NCBI GenBank assembly: GCA_027492035.1
Contig: JAOZFT010000035.1
Location: forward strand, 64,001 to 128,000
DNA length: 64,000 nucleotides
DNA from: Thermoproteota archaeon
Lineage (GTDB): Archaea; Korarchaeota; JAOZGF01; JAOZFZ01
Direction: 5' to 3'
Part shown: in pieces, positions 18,817-28,939 of the stretch
How the letters are laid out: every line of letters starts with the position of its first letter
Position numbering within the stretch: the stretch's first letter is position 1
Notes under the pieces: generated by a model
Databases searched by the model: none
Told to the model about the DNA's origin: nothing
Seen by the model: only the letters and a program-made list of their open reading frames with translations
Position numbers and translations under genes: made by a program

Positions 18817-20205
18817 TTATTTTGTGGGTTTTGTAAAATGTAGATTTTTTGCATAAATGATTGGGGTTAAAATTGGGGTTTGCATCTCCATCCACCAATG
18901 TAATGTTTGTTCTCTATCTTTTGTTAATCCTTCAATGTTCTCCATGAGATTTATCATGTTTTCACTTAACCTTAACCCCTTTACTGCATGTTTTATTTCT
19001 CCTTTCTCGACGTAATAAACTCCGTCTCTTGGGATGCTTGAGAAATCTCCTTGAGCATAGTTTTGGAAGCGTGTGTAGGTTGTATTTTTAATTATTAAAC
19101 CTCTCTTTATTTCTTCTATTAATTCGTTGTATTCCCTCTTTCCTGGTTCAATGACTAGGTTCCAGCTTCTTGGAATTATCCAACCTGCATTTGCAGTTGA
19201 TTCAGTGTTGAATTTTTTCGCTGTGATTCTGTTATGTAGGAAAGTGTTCAGTTTACCTTCTTTAATGATAGTGGTTTTTCTTGTTGGGTAGCCTTCGTAG
19301 TCAAATTTTATCGAGTTTAACCCTCCAGGCAGATTCCCTATGTCATGAATTGTAAGTTTTTTCGATGCTACCTTCTTCCCTATTTTGTTTGCGAAAAAGG
19401 AGTATCCCGCATCTACATAAAACGCTGATGAAGCCAAAGTTAAGTAATCAAGAAGTGTTCCTACTGCCGCTCTTCCCAGCACCGTATCATATTTTCCTTC
19501 CTTCAAAGTTTTAGAGTTTAAACTTAACACTGCATCCCTCCCTGCTTCTGAACCGGCTTTTTCAGGCTTGAAATCGTTTAAGTTTGTTGCGCATGTGTTT
19601 CCATGGCCTGCAGCATCTTTGTTAGCTAAAGCCCTCAAATCCAAAATTATTGCTGTAGATTTATATTCTGCTTCAACTTCGCTTGTAGTGGCTAAGTAAA
19701 TGTTCCTTGCTTCTATTTTTAAAGTTCCTGCTGTTCTTTCTGCGCCTTCATTTAAAGATGCATTTATTGCCTTTTCAACAATGTCTCCTGCTTCACTGGC
19801 CAAATTAGCTATTTTACTGTCGTAGCAATTCCTAACTTGTTTGTAACTTGAAGGAGGAGGCAGTTTAACATATTTTTCAACAGGATCTATAAGTTTCATC
19901 ATTTTCAATGAATCTTCCAATGTTCTCTCGATATTTCCTTTAGAAAATTCGCTGACCGCACAAATTACTTGTTTCTTTTCTTTAACTATTAAAACAGAGG
20001 CTTCTAAAGAATCCCATGTTTTAGAAATAGTTATTTTATTGTTTGCAAACCTTACTTGTCTACTTAAACTGGAGTTAATAACTACTGCCACTTCTTCAAC
20101 TCCCAACTTTAAGGCTTCCTTAATTATTTGTTCACAAATAGAAGCGTTGTCCAAACTTAAGGGTTTTTTCTTCATAATCTTCCACTTACCAACAAAAAAA
20201 AACAA
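18817..20205 (-). CDS. TldD/PmbA family protein (PmbA/TldE-like, no HExxxH)
   Basis: RFANNKIT, FDYEGYPT, STANAG, GDFS, GLRLSEN; true start is probably MKKK about 10 codons in. Confidence 0.88.
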   Translation of the reverse strand: MFFFVGKWKIMKKKPLSLDNASICEQIIKEALKLGVEEVAVVINSSLSRQVRFANNKITISKTWDSLEASVLIVKEKKQVICAVSEFSKGNIERTLEDSLKMMKLIDPVEKYVKLPPPSSYKQVRNCYDSKIANLASEAGDIVEKAINASLNEGAERTAGTLKIEARNIYLATTSEVEAEYKSTAIILDLRALANKDAAGHGNTCATNLNDFKPEKAGSEAGRDAVLSLNSKTLKEGKYDTVLGRAAVGTLLDYLTLASSAFYVDAGYSFFANKIGKKVASKKLTIHDIGNLPGGLNSIKFDYEGYPTRKTTIIKEGKLNTFLHNRITAKKFNTESTANAGWIIPRSWNLVIEPGKREYNELIEEIKRGLIIKNTTYTRFQNYAQGDFSSIPRDGVYYVEKGEIKHAVKGLRLSENMINLMENIEGLTKDREQTLHWWMEMQTPILTPIIYAKNLHFTKPTK

Positions 20206-20326
20206 GAAATGTGGATTAACTTAAGAATTTAAAATTTTTTTACCTATAAAAACACTTGACTCAAGCCAAAAACATTAGATATTTCCTAGATCAATTGAGG
20301 TTTTTCTGGTCAAGTTTTTAAATTGT

Positions 20327-22015
20327 TTAAGTTGCCCCTAAGAGAGAAAGGAGTTCTTTATTTTCAACGTAAACATATTTCAGTGTTGTCATTTCGAGAG
20401 GGAAATATTTTGCACCTGTTATTCCTGACCATTTCACTCCTCCCAGATTCGGAAGCTTAACATCTAAATACATATGGTCTTCACTGTTGATAAGCACTCC
20501 CCCAGATTCTATCATTGTAGCGAAAATTTTTTGCACCTCTTCATTTGAAGAAAGAAGCGAGGCTCTTAAACCATATTTTGAACGATTTGCAAGTTCAATT
20601 GCTTCCTTTATTTTTCTAGCCTTTTGTACTGTTAGAATCGGGTAAAATGGTTCTGTTTCAGGCTTTGCAAGAATCATTTCTGGTTTGATTTCAGTAATTA
20701 CTGTAGGCGCCAAGAACATTCCTGCTTCATCTCTCTCTCCTAAGTAATTTATTCTGTACCCTCCTGTAAGGATTTTTGCTCCTTTACCTACTGCATCCCT
20801 TATTGCTTTTTCAGCTCTTTGCATTACTGTTGGAGGCAATACAGCTAAATCTGTCTCTGGATTAGAAGGTAAACCTGGCTTATATTTACTTGCTTCCTCA
20901 ACCAACTTCTCAATAAATTCCTCAGCTATGTATTCATCAAGAATTAATCTTTTTATTGACATGCAAAATTGGCCAGAACCTAAAAATCTGTATTTAGCCA
21001 CGTACTTGACTGCTTTTTCAATATCTACATCTCTCCAGACAATGCATGGGTCGCTGCCTGCAAGTTCAGGCAGGAACTTCTTACCTCTCTTAACGGTTTC
21101 AGCCATAAGTTGTAAACCTATCTGGCTTCTGCCGTAAAAAACTATCCCTCCAACTCTTTCATCCTTTATCAACAAATCAATAATTTTTTGTCCAGGAACA
21201 GTTACTACACTGAAAGTTTCCCCCACTCCCCATTCCTCCATCACCTCAGCGAACAATGTTCCTAAATGAATAGTGGAACATGGGTTTTGACTTGGTGGTT
21301 TAACTATTGTGGAGTTACCGGAAAGCATTGAGGAAATTGTTGCGAACAAACCTAAACCTATCGCTGCATTGTAAGGGGAGAAAATAGTTAGAACACCGTA
21401 TGGCTGCCTTAAAAGAAATATCATTCCTTTTCCCGTCTCGGTAGATAACCCTTTCTCCTCGATTAATGAACCAAACCATTCAAGCAAGTTTGTTTCAAAG
21501 GATTTCTTTATGGCTGAAAACTCCCAATCGAAAACTTTCAAAGGTTTCCCTTCAGCTATTGAAATTTCTTTAAAGAGGTTCTTATCCTTAATTATCTTCT
21601 TACCCACTTCACGCAGCAAATCAATCCTTTCTTGAATAGTTAAACCTTCTGCTGGTTCACCGAATTTTTCAGACCTGTAAAGCTTGTTCTTATGGATATA
21701 GGCACTTGATAAGGCTTCGTTTAAATCTTTTAGTGAAGCTAAAGAATATTTCGCGTAAATTGTTTCCTCCAACCTGTTTTCTTCAATTCTTGGTTTACCA
21801 TGCACCTTCATGTACTTCTTTATGTAAAGTAGGTTTGCGTTACTGTTCCTAATTAACGTAATAAGTTTAGTTGGTACTTTGCTGAGAAAAGTTTTTTTTA
21901 GGGCGTAAGCAATCATTAAACCTGGTTCCTTAATGACCTTTTCCAAGTTTAACTGGTAACCGTAAACTCCAGTATCTATGCTTTTCGACCCTACAATCAA
22001 AGGGAAATTTTTCAT
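20327..22015 (-). CDS. Aldehyde dehydrogenase family protein with N-terminal insertion
   Basis: RQPYGV..FSPYN, VKPP, ELAGSDP (Glu), GQFCMS (Cys), ANRSKYGL, GGVKWSG. Confidence 0.87.
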   Translation of the reverse strand: MKNFPLIVGSKSIDTGVYGYQLNLEKVIKEPGLMIAYALKKTFLSKVPTKLITLIRNSNANLLYIKKYMKVHGKPRIEENRLEETIYAKYSLASLKDLNEALSSAYIHKNKLYRSEKFGEPAEGLTIQERIDLLREVGKKIIKDKNLFKEISIAEGKPLKVFDWEFSAIKKSFETNLLEWFGSLIEEKGLSTETGKGMIFLLRQPYGVLTIFSPYNAAIGLGLFATISSMLSGNSTIVKPPSQNPCSTIHLGTLFAEVMEEWGVGETFSVVTVPGQKIIDLLIKDERVGGIVFYGRSQIGLQLMAETVKRGKKFLPELAGSDPCIVWRDVDIEKAVKYVAKYRFLGSGQFCMSIKRLILDEYIAEEFIEKLVEEASKYKPGLPSNPETDLAVLPPTVMQRAEKAIRDAVGKGAKILTGGYRINYLGERDEAGMFLAPTVITEIKPEMILAKPETEPFYPILTVQKARKIKEAIELANRSKYGLRASLLSSNEEVQKIFATMIESGGVLINSEDHMYLDVKLPNLGGVKWSGITGAKYFPLEMTTLKYVYVENKELLSLLGAT

Positions 22016-23745
22016 TTTAAGCCCTCTCCACCTCTCATTTTTCGGGCAGCTTCTTCCCTAAGTACTCTACGTAAAATTTTTCCAACCATGTTTTTCTTAA
22101 GCTGCTTCCTAAATTCCACTTTCTTCGGTACTTTGAAAGGGGCCAATCTCACTTTGCACCAGTCGATAATATCTTTCTCGGTTGCTTTCGCTCCCTCCTT
22201 CAAAACAACATAAGCCTTAATTATTTGGCCTACAGTTTCAGTAGGCACTCCTACTACGCAGGCTTCTTTAACTGAAGGGTGACTATAAATAACGTTTTCG
22301 ATTTCCTTTGGAAAAACAGAGTATCCCTTATATTTTATCATGTCTTTCTTTCTTTCCATTATATAAAGGAAACCTTCATCATCGAGTTTACCTATGTCTC
22401 CTGTTCTTAACCAAATTTTTCCGTTTATCTCAACCAATGCTTCATTGTTTCTTTCAGGGTCGTTCAAGTACCCTTTCATTACTTGCGGCCCGTGTACAAG
22501 AATTTCACCTACTTCACCAAGTTCAAGGAACTTGTTTTCTTCAGGATCCGCTATGGCCACAGTGGTTCCAGGTAAAGGAACGCCTGCAGTGCTTGGTTTC
22601 CTTAATTCTTTCCAGGGAGGATTAATACATACTGCAGGCCCTGCCTCTGTTAAACCGTAACCTTCAACAATAATTGAACCTGTCATTTCTTCAAATTTTC
22701 TTTGTACTTCACTCGGTAAAACATCTGCAGCACAAATGCATACTTTCAACTTCTTTAAGTTGTACTTTTGAACTTTTCCGTAGTTAGCTAATAAATTATA
22801 AATGGTGGGTACCCCTGCAAACAAGGCTGCTTTATATTTACTTAATTTTTCTAAAACTTCTTTTGTTTCAAATTTTGGAAGCAGCACTACACTTATTCCA
22901 CTGTACAAGGCTGTTAACAACTGTATACAGCCAAAACTGTGAAAAATAGGTAAAACCAAGACTGTGGATTCTTTTTTCTCGATTAAAGGCGGTAAAACCC
23001 ATTTGTTGATCTGGATAACATTGGCTAAGACGTTGTAATGGGTAAGTAAAACCCCTTTAGGCGTACCTGTAGTTCCTCCAGTGAATAAAAGCAGTGCAAC
23101 ATCTTCTTTGGGATTATTTTTTAAAAAAACAGGTGTAGGTTTATTTTTAAGTAATTCATTGAAGAAATAAATGTTCCTTCCATGTTTAACTTTTCTAGTG
23201 GGTACTTTCCTAAACAGTTTACCTAGGAAACCTTTAAATGGAGGAAGAAATTCTGTTAGACACGTATATATAACGCTGAGCTTCTGCTCCTTTTCTGAAA
23301 TCTCTCTTTCCAAATTTTCCACTTTATCTTCGAAAATATCCAGCGAAACCAAAAACTTTGCTTTAGATGCTTTAACTATATATTTAATTTCTCTTACTGT
23401 GTAAAGGGGGTTAATGGGTAAAACTGCTCCTCCTGCCTTCAATACCCCAAACAAAGCTATAACAAATTGGGGACAGTTGGGAAGTAAAACGCCTACAACA
23501 TCCCCTTTTTCCATGCCAAGTTTATCTTTTAAACCTGAAGCAAGCCTCCAAGCTAAGTCCTTTATCTCCAAATAAGAAATTTTCTTTCCAAAGAAATACA
23601 CTGCAGGGAAATCTTTGTATTTTTCAGCTCCCTCCTCCAAAACGCTAAAAAGCGGTTTGTTTGGTACTTTAACGTCAGGAGTTGCGTTTCCTCCATACTT
23701 TGTCAACCAAGGTTTTGATTTAATGTAGTCGGGAACTTTACTCAT
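22012..23745 (-). CDS. Long-chain fatty acid-CoA ligase
   Basis: FTGGTTGTPKG, EGYGLTE, RTGDIG, GKILRR. Confidence 0.92.
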   Translation of the reverse strand: MSKVPDYIKSKPWLTKYGGNATPDVKVPNKPLFSVLEEGAEKYKDFPAVYFFGKKISYLEIKDLAWRLASGLKDKLGMEKGDVVGVLLPNCPQFVIALFGVLKAGGAVLPINPLYTVREIKYIVKASKAKFLVSLDIFEDKVENLEREISEKEQKLSVIYTCLTEFLPPFKGFLGKLFRKVPTRKVKHGRNIYFFNELLKNKPTPVFLKNNPKEDVALLLFTGGTTGTPKGVLLTHYNVLANVIQINKWVLPPLIEKKESTVLVLPIFHSFGCIQLLTALYSGISVVLLPKFETKEVLEKLSKYKAALFAGVPTIYNLLANYGKVQKYNLKKLKVCICAADVLPSEVQRKFEEMTGSIIVEGYGLTEAGPAVCINPPWKELRKPSTAGVPLPGTTVAIADPEENKFLELGEVGEILVHGPQVMKGYLNDPERNNEALVEINGKIWLRTGDIGKLDDEGFLYIMERKKDMIKYKGYSVFPKEIENVIYSHPSVKEACVVGVPTETVGQIIKAYVVLKEGAKATEKDIIDWCKVRLAPFKVPKKVEFRKQLKKNMVGKILRRVLREEAARKMRGGEGLK

Positions 23746-23781
23746 TTACAACCTCTCCCTTTTTTCTTTTTTGAATTTCTT

Positions 23782-24939
23782 CTAAATGAAAATTTTACCA
23801 AGCAAGCTTTTCATCAAAATATACCTCTGCACTTCATTTGTTCCTTCCCCTATCTCCACTAACTTGGCGTCTCTGTAATATCTCTCTAGGTTGTTCTCTC
23901 TGCTGTAGCCGTAACCACCGAAAATTTGGATGGCGTTTCTAGTTATTTCAACAGTTTTCATAGCTGAATAAAGTTTAGCCATTGAAGCAAGTTTCACATA
24001 TTCAAGGTCTCCTTTATCCTTTAACCAGGCTGCTTTATAAGTTAACAGTCTCATTATTTCGATATCCATAGCCATGTCTGTTAACATCCTTTGGATAGCC
24101 TGTCTTTTGATTAATGGTTTACCGAAAGCTACTCTTTGTTTAGCGTACTTTAAAGATTCTTCATAGGCTGCTTGACTTAACCCTATACCAGCGGATGAAG
24201 CATAAATTCTGCTTTCGTCCAGTGAAAACATTGCTACACTGAATCCTTCATTTTTCTCCCCTATCAAGTTTTCTTTTGGTACGTGACAGCCTTTAAAAGT
24301 CACTTCAGCTGTTCCCGTTCCCCTGAAACCCATAACAGGTACTTTACGTGTTTCAACGTTTTCATCTCTCTCAACGATAAATGCTGAAATGCCCCTATGT
24401 TTATCCTCAACCTTACCTGTCCTGGCAAAAACTACAAAGAAATCAGCCACTAAACCAGCTGAAATAAATGTTTTAGTTCCTTCAATGACATATTCATCCC
24501 CCTGTTCCACAGCCTTTGTTTGTATTGAACCTGCATCACTTCCACAGCAAGGTTCGGTTAAAGCGAAAGCCCCAATAAATTTACCTTTAGCTATCCCGGT
24601 TAAATACTTCTCTTTCTGTTCTTCACTGCCAAATAAGGTTATAGGTAAAGACGTTAATGCTTCTATTCCTGATAACAGTCCCACTGAGCAACTCACTCTA
24701 GCCATTTCTTCACCCACGATCACTGTGTCAAGTACGTTGAAACCTAGGCCTCCATATTTTTCAGGAATCCTTACTGCTGGATAACCCATTTTAACAAGTT
24801 TTTTATAAATTTCTAACGGGTACTCATCTCTTTCATCTATTTCCCTAGCGTAAGGCTTAATTTCTTCCTCAGCAAACTCTCTAACAGCTTTTCTCAAAAC
24901 TTTATGTTTAGTTTCAAATTCGAAATTCAATTTAAGCAA
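23782..24939 (-). CDS. Acyl-CoA dehydrogenase
   Basis: FALTEPCCGSD, GTKTFIS, QIFGGYGY, IGEGTNEVQR. Confidence 0.94.
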   Translation of the reverse strand: MLKLNFEFETKHKVLRKAVREFAEEEIKPYAREIDERDEYPLEIYKKLVKMGYPAVRIPEKYGGLGFNVLDTVIVGEEMARVSCSVGLLSGIEALTSLPITLFGSEEQKEKYLTGIAKGKFIGAFALTEPCCGSDAGSIQTKAVEQGDEYVIEGTKTFISAGLVADFFVVFARTGKVEDKHRGISAFIVERDENVETRKVPVMGFRGTGTAEVTFKGCHVPKENLIGEKNEGFSVAMFSLDESRIYASSAGIGLSQAAYEESLKYAKQRVAFGKPLIKRQAIQRMLTDMAMDIEIMRLLTYKAAWLKDKGDLEYVKLASMAKLYSAMKTVEITRNAIQIFGGYGYSRENNLERYYRDAKLVEIGEGTNEVQRYILMKSLLGKIFI

Positions 24940-25155
24940 CCTCAGCCTTGAATAAGTTTTTAAGCAATCAGGAATTTCTATTTTTTAAAAAACTTAATAC
25001 AATATCCCCCTAAAGAAAAAGGTAAAGGAAAGAGTTTTTTATTCATTTCTTCCTCTATAACTTCATGGAACAGGGGGAGATGAATTAATGAACTTTAGAA
25101 AAGTTCTTTCCTTCATTAATCCCTAAAAACCTTTTTCTTCCAGTTTCAATTTTAG

Positions 25156-25950
25156 GTGGTGTTCTTTTTGGTTGCAGAAACGGCTTGGCGGGAATGGGTA
25201 ATTACAGAAATTGACTTCACTAAGTTTTCCTGTGAAAAAAAGAAGGTTAGACTTGCAGTTGAGAAACCTTTAACTCTTTACATTAACGGTAAACATTACG
25301 CAACCTTTCTAGTTACTCCAAATTTTGTAAAGGAACTGGTAATTGGCCACTTATTCTCTACAGGCGTAATTTCTTCTCTGCAAGACATTTCCTCTTTTCA
25401 ACAAATTTCTTCAAAAGTAATGGTTGAACTGAAAAGAGGTAACCTGGCTGAAACCAAAAGAATTTACAAGTTGATATCTACTGCTTGTGGCGCAATAGGG
25501 AAGGAGTCACTAATAAACGAAATTAAACTCCGTAAAATAAAATGCGAAAACTCTATAACTGTAGGAACAATTGTTGAAGTATACAAAGATGCAAACAAAA
25601 GGGCTGAAACACATAAATTAACAGCAGGTACACATATAGCAGGTGCTTACACCCTTCAAGGCAAAAATGTTTTCTTTGTGGAAGACATAGGGAGACATAA
25701 CGCCATAGATAAATTAATAGGGTTGACCATTACAAGGAAAAGGGAAGAAACTCCAATAATTGTCACTTCAGGCAGACCAACCATAGACCTGGTTTCAAAA
25801 ATAGTAAGAACTAAAACTCCCTTCTTGATCTCTTTTTCTAGACCAACTCACAGAGCTTCAAAACTGGCTGAAGAAAAAAACTTAACCTTAATCACAATTA
25901 AAAAGAAAATTTATTTATTCAGCGGCAAAGAAAGGGTGGAAACAAACTAG
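25156..25950 (+). CDS. fdhD: Formate dehydrogenase accessory sulfurtransferase FdhD
   Basis: EKPLTLYING, EDIGRHNAIDKLIG, TSGR; a single Cys (TACGAIG) in place of CGxCG. Confidence 0.9.
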   Translation: MVFFLVAETAWREWVITEIDFTKFSCEKKKVRLAVEKPLTLYINGKHYATFLVTPNFVKELVIGHLFSTGVISSLQDISSFQQISSKVMVELKRGNLAETKRIYKLISTACGAIGKESLINEIKLRKIKCENSITVGTIVEVYKDANKRAETHKLTAGTHIAGAYTLQGKNVFFVEDIGRHNAIDKLIGLTITRKREETPIIVTSGRPTIDLVSKIVRTKTPFLISFSRPTHRASKLAEEKNLTLITIKKKIYLFSGKERVETN

Positions 25951-26192
25951 AAATCTTTATAAAACCGTCACTTTAATCCATAAACTTTATCCATTATTTA
26001 TTGGGAAAATTTTGGAGAAAGAGGAGCTGGATCTTTCTAAATCATTTCAAATGTTCCTTTAAAGTTTCTACCCTCTTCTGTTGTTTGAAACAACTTTCTC
26101 TCTTAAAAAAGGAAATAATTTTATAAAAAATAAAGGGACATTTCTCTCTTTACTTCCTTTACAAAACAACACTTCTGTAGAGGTGTCTCTTT

Positions 26193-27203
26193 TTGAAATT
26201 TTATAAAAACATGCTTGAACTTGTTGGTAATACTCCTATCATTAAGCTTCAAAAGATAACTAAAAAAGTAGACGCTAATATTTATGTTAAATGTGAATAT
26301 TTCAACCCTAGTGGAAGCATAAAGGACAGGATAGCACTTAAAATGGTTGAAGAAGCTGAAAAAGAAGGTGAATTGAAAAAGGGAGGCGTAATTGTTGAAG
26401 TAACAAGCGGAAACACAGGGCCAGCACTGGCTTTTGTAGGGGCCGTTAAAGGATATAAAGTCCATATTTTCATCCCTTCACAATGGACAGGAACCTACAA
26501 CCCGGAAGACAGAGTAAAAACGATGAAAATATATGGTGCAAAAGTAACCCCTTTCCTAACTGAAAAATATGAAGAAATCTTCCAAGGCTTATCTGAAAAC
26601 GAAGCAGCAGCAGCAACAATAGCTGTAGGATTGAAGGAATGCTATGAATTCGAAAAAAGAAATAATTTGGTGTGGTGGCCGAATCAACTCTGTAACAGAA
26701 ACAATGTTTTAGCTCATAAAGAATCAACAGGTAAAGAAATAATTGAACAACTTAACGGAGAAATTGATGCTTGGGTTGCTTCTGTAGGCACAGGCGGAAC
26801 CTTACTTGGGGTGGCTGAGGCATTAAAGGAAGAAATAGGAAACGTAAAAACAGTGGCTGTTGAACCTGAAGATGCAAGAGTTACAGAATGGGCTGAGAAA
26901 AAATTAATGAGTAAATTCATGAAACAACTTAATCTTCCACAAAGGAAATCAATAATGGAAATAGCTTTAGAAAAGGGGGTACCTGACAAGGTAATAAGAG
27001 TCAGTCATGAAGAAGCAAGAAAAATGGCTAACAAACTATGTAAAGAAGAAGGATTATTCTGTGGCATATCTTCCGGAGCAAATGTTTATGCAGCCTTGAA
27101 AGCAGCTAAGGAAATAGGTGAAGGAGCAAATATTGTAACTGTTCTAGTGGACAGCAGAGACAGGTACTTTCCTGAGTACCCAAACGAACAGTACACCATC
27201 TAA
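26193..27203 (+). CDS. PLP-dependent cysteine synthase family protein (divergent)
   Basis: GNTP, NPSGSIKDR, TSGNTG, GTGGT, GISSGAN. Confidence 0.85.
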   Translation: MKFYKNMLELVGNTPIIKLQKITKKVDANIYVKCEYFNPSGSIKDRIALKMVEEAEKEGELKKGGVIVEVTSGNTGPALAFVGAVKGYKVHIFIPSQWTGTYNPEDRVKTMKIYGAKVTPFLTEKYEEIFQGLSENEAAAATIAVGLKECYEFEKRNNLVWWPNQLCNRNNVLAHKESTGKEIIEQLNGEIDAWVASVGTGGTLLGVAEALKEEIGNVKTVAVEPEDARVTEWAEKKLMSKFMKQLNLPQRKSIMEIALEKGVPDKVIRVSHEEARKMANKLCKEEGLFCGISSGANVYAALKAAKEIGEGANIVTVLVDSRDRYFPEYPNEQYTI

Positions 27204-27535
27204 AACCTTATCCTTACAAAGTAATGCTCCAGATTTCTTTTCAGCAATTACTTCCTAAAAGAAATAAATCTAACCCTCTCCATTACTGAACTTGAAGGAT
27301 AGAAGTCAATTCAAGCTACGACTGAAAATCTTTACTATGCGCATTTTTAAAAAATAAAGCTGTCTTTCAGAAACTTAACAGGTTCCCATACTCAATATAC
27401 TTAATGAATAATTGACAGGTAATAGAGTCTGAAACAAAGAAAAGCAAAATTAAAAAATTTATCCCCCTTAATCTTTACGTAGAAAAAGTGAAAAATTCCT
27501 TTCTTTAAAGATTTATTAAAGGTTAAGGAAAAAGG

Positions 27536-28936
27536 TTGAAAACGGAGAAAGTAGAAATGAGTTTAGACCAAGAAATTATTTCTTCCTTTAAAAAACTTGG
27601 TTTAACAGAGTATGAAGCCAAGACTTACTTAACTTTAGTTAAGAAAGCAGAAGCTTCTCCTTTAGAGATAACATTAGCTTCTAAAGTTCCTCAACCTAAA
27701 GTTTATACTTCCCTCAACTCTTTAGCAGCAAAAGGGTTAGTTGAAGTGGTTAGTGAGAGACCTAGAAAATGTAAAGCTGTAAACATAAGAGAAGCTGTCA
27801 GGAGGCTTTTTGAAAAAAAAATAACTGAACTAGGTGAAAACGCCAAAAAAATAATTGAGAAAACAATTAAGGAGGAGTTAGAGGGAAAAATTCAGCCTCA
27901 TGAAATATATAACTTAATAGGGGAGGCTGAAACAAAAAAGAAATTGATAGATATGCTATCCCTTGCAGAAAAAGAAGTTTTATTAGCAACTAAAAACTTA
28001 GAAATTCTTAGGTTTAAGAAAATAAAGGATGTGCTTTCCAAGTTAGCAATGAAAGGGGTGGAATTTAAGGTTTTGGTTGAGTTCGACTCTTTAGATACAG
28101 AAACCCTTCTTTTTCTAAAAAATTTTGGGACAAGAGTGGTTGATGTGTTGGAGGAACAGTCCCTTGTCACAGTTGATGGAAAGATAGCAATTACTACTTC
28201 GGTAATCGAAACTGGAATAGGGCCTTCGGTTTGGTTCTCAACCTTTACAACCTGTACTGAATGCGTAAAGGCTTATGTGCAGAAACTCAACTCTGCATGG
28301 CTTAAAGGTTCTAAACTTCCTCAAGAAACAAGGAATAAAGGAGTAAAAATAGCAGCTATAGTGCTTGCAGCAGGGAAACCAAGTTCAGAAAACAAAAACG
28401 TACTTCTTTATCCTTGGAGGAACAAACCAGTAATTTGTCACGTAATAGAAGCATTAATGTTTTCTGATGTCGACGAAATAGTGGTAGTAACAGGTTATCA
28501 ATCCAAAAAAATACAGAAGGTAATAAATGAAAGATTTAGCAATGTTTCATTTGTTCATAATAAAAACTACGGTGAAGGGATGCTTTCCTCTTTTAAGAAG
28601 GGACTTGAAAAAGTTAAAGAGTCAGATGCTGTTCTTCTAATGCTTGGAGACCAACCCTTCATTGAACCATCAATAATAAACGAAATGATAAAGGAATTTA
28701 AACGAAATAAAGAAAAGAAAAAAGTCATAAACCCAGTGTTCAAAGGAAAAAGAGGACATCCTGTGCTTATCTCTTCCCATTTATATAAAGAAATACTGGG
28801 CACAAACAATAAGAAAACTGTAAGGGAAGTTTTAAACCAATACAAGGAGTCCACAGTACTAATTGAAGGGAAAGATTGGGTTTTAATGGATGTAAACACA
28901 ATTAAAGACTTAGAAAAAGCCGAAAAAATAATTTAA
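27536..28936 (+). CDS. TrmB-family regulator fused to a MocA-like nucleotidyltransferase domain
   Basis: N-terminal LGLTEYEAKTY...VPQPKVY..L..L..KGLV; C-terminal IVLAAG, GMLSSFKKG, LGDQP, GKRGHPV, DVNTIKD. Confidence 0.85.
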   Translation: MKTEKVEMSLDQEIISSFKKLGLTEYEAKTYLTLVKKAEASPLEITLASKVPQPKVYTSLNSLAAKGLVEVVSERPRKCKAVNIREAVRRLFEKKITELGENAKKIIEKTIKEELEGKIQPHEIYNLIGEAETKKKLIDMLSLAEKEVLLATKNLEILRFKKIKDVLSKLAMKGVEFKVLVEFDSLDTETLLFLKNFGTRVVDVLEEQSLVTVDGKIAITTSVIETGIGPSVWFSTFTTCTECVKAYVQKLNSAWLKGSKLPQETRNKGVKIAAIVLAAGKPSSENKNVLLYPWRNKPVICHVIEALMFSDVDEIVVVTGYQSKKIQKVINERFSNVSFVHNKNYGEGMLSSFKKGLEKVKESDAVLLMLGDQPFIEPSIINEMIKEFKRNKEKKKVINPVFKGKRGHPVLISSHLYKEILGTNNKKTVREVLNQYKESTVLIEGKDWVLMDVNTIKDLEKAEKII

Positions 28937-28939
28937 CCA

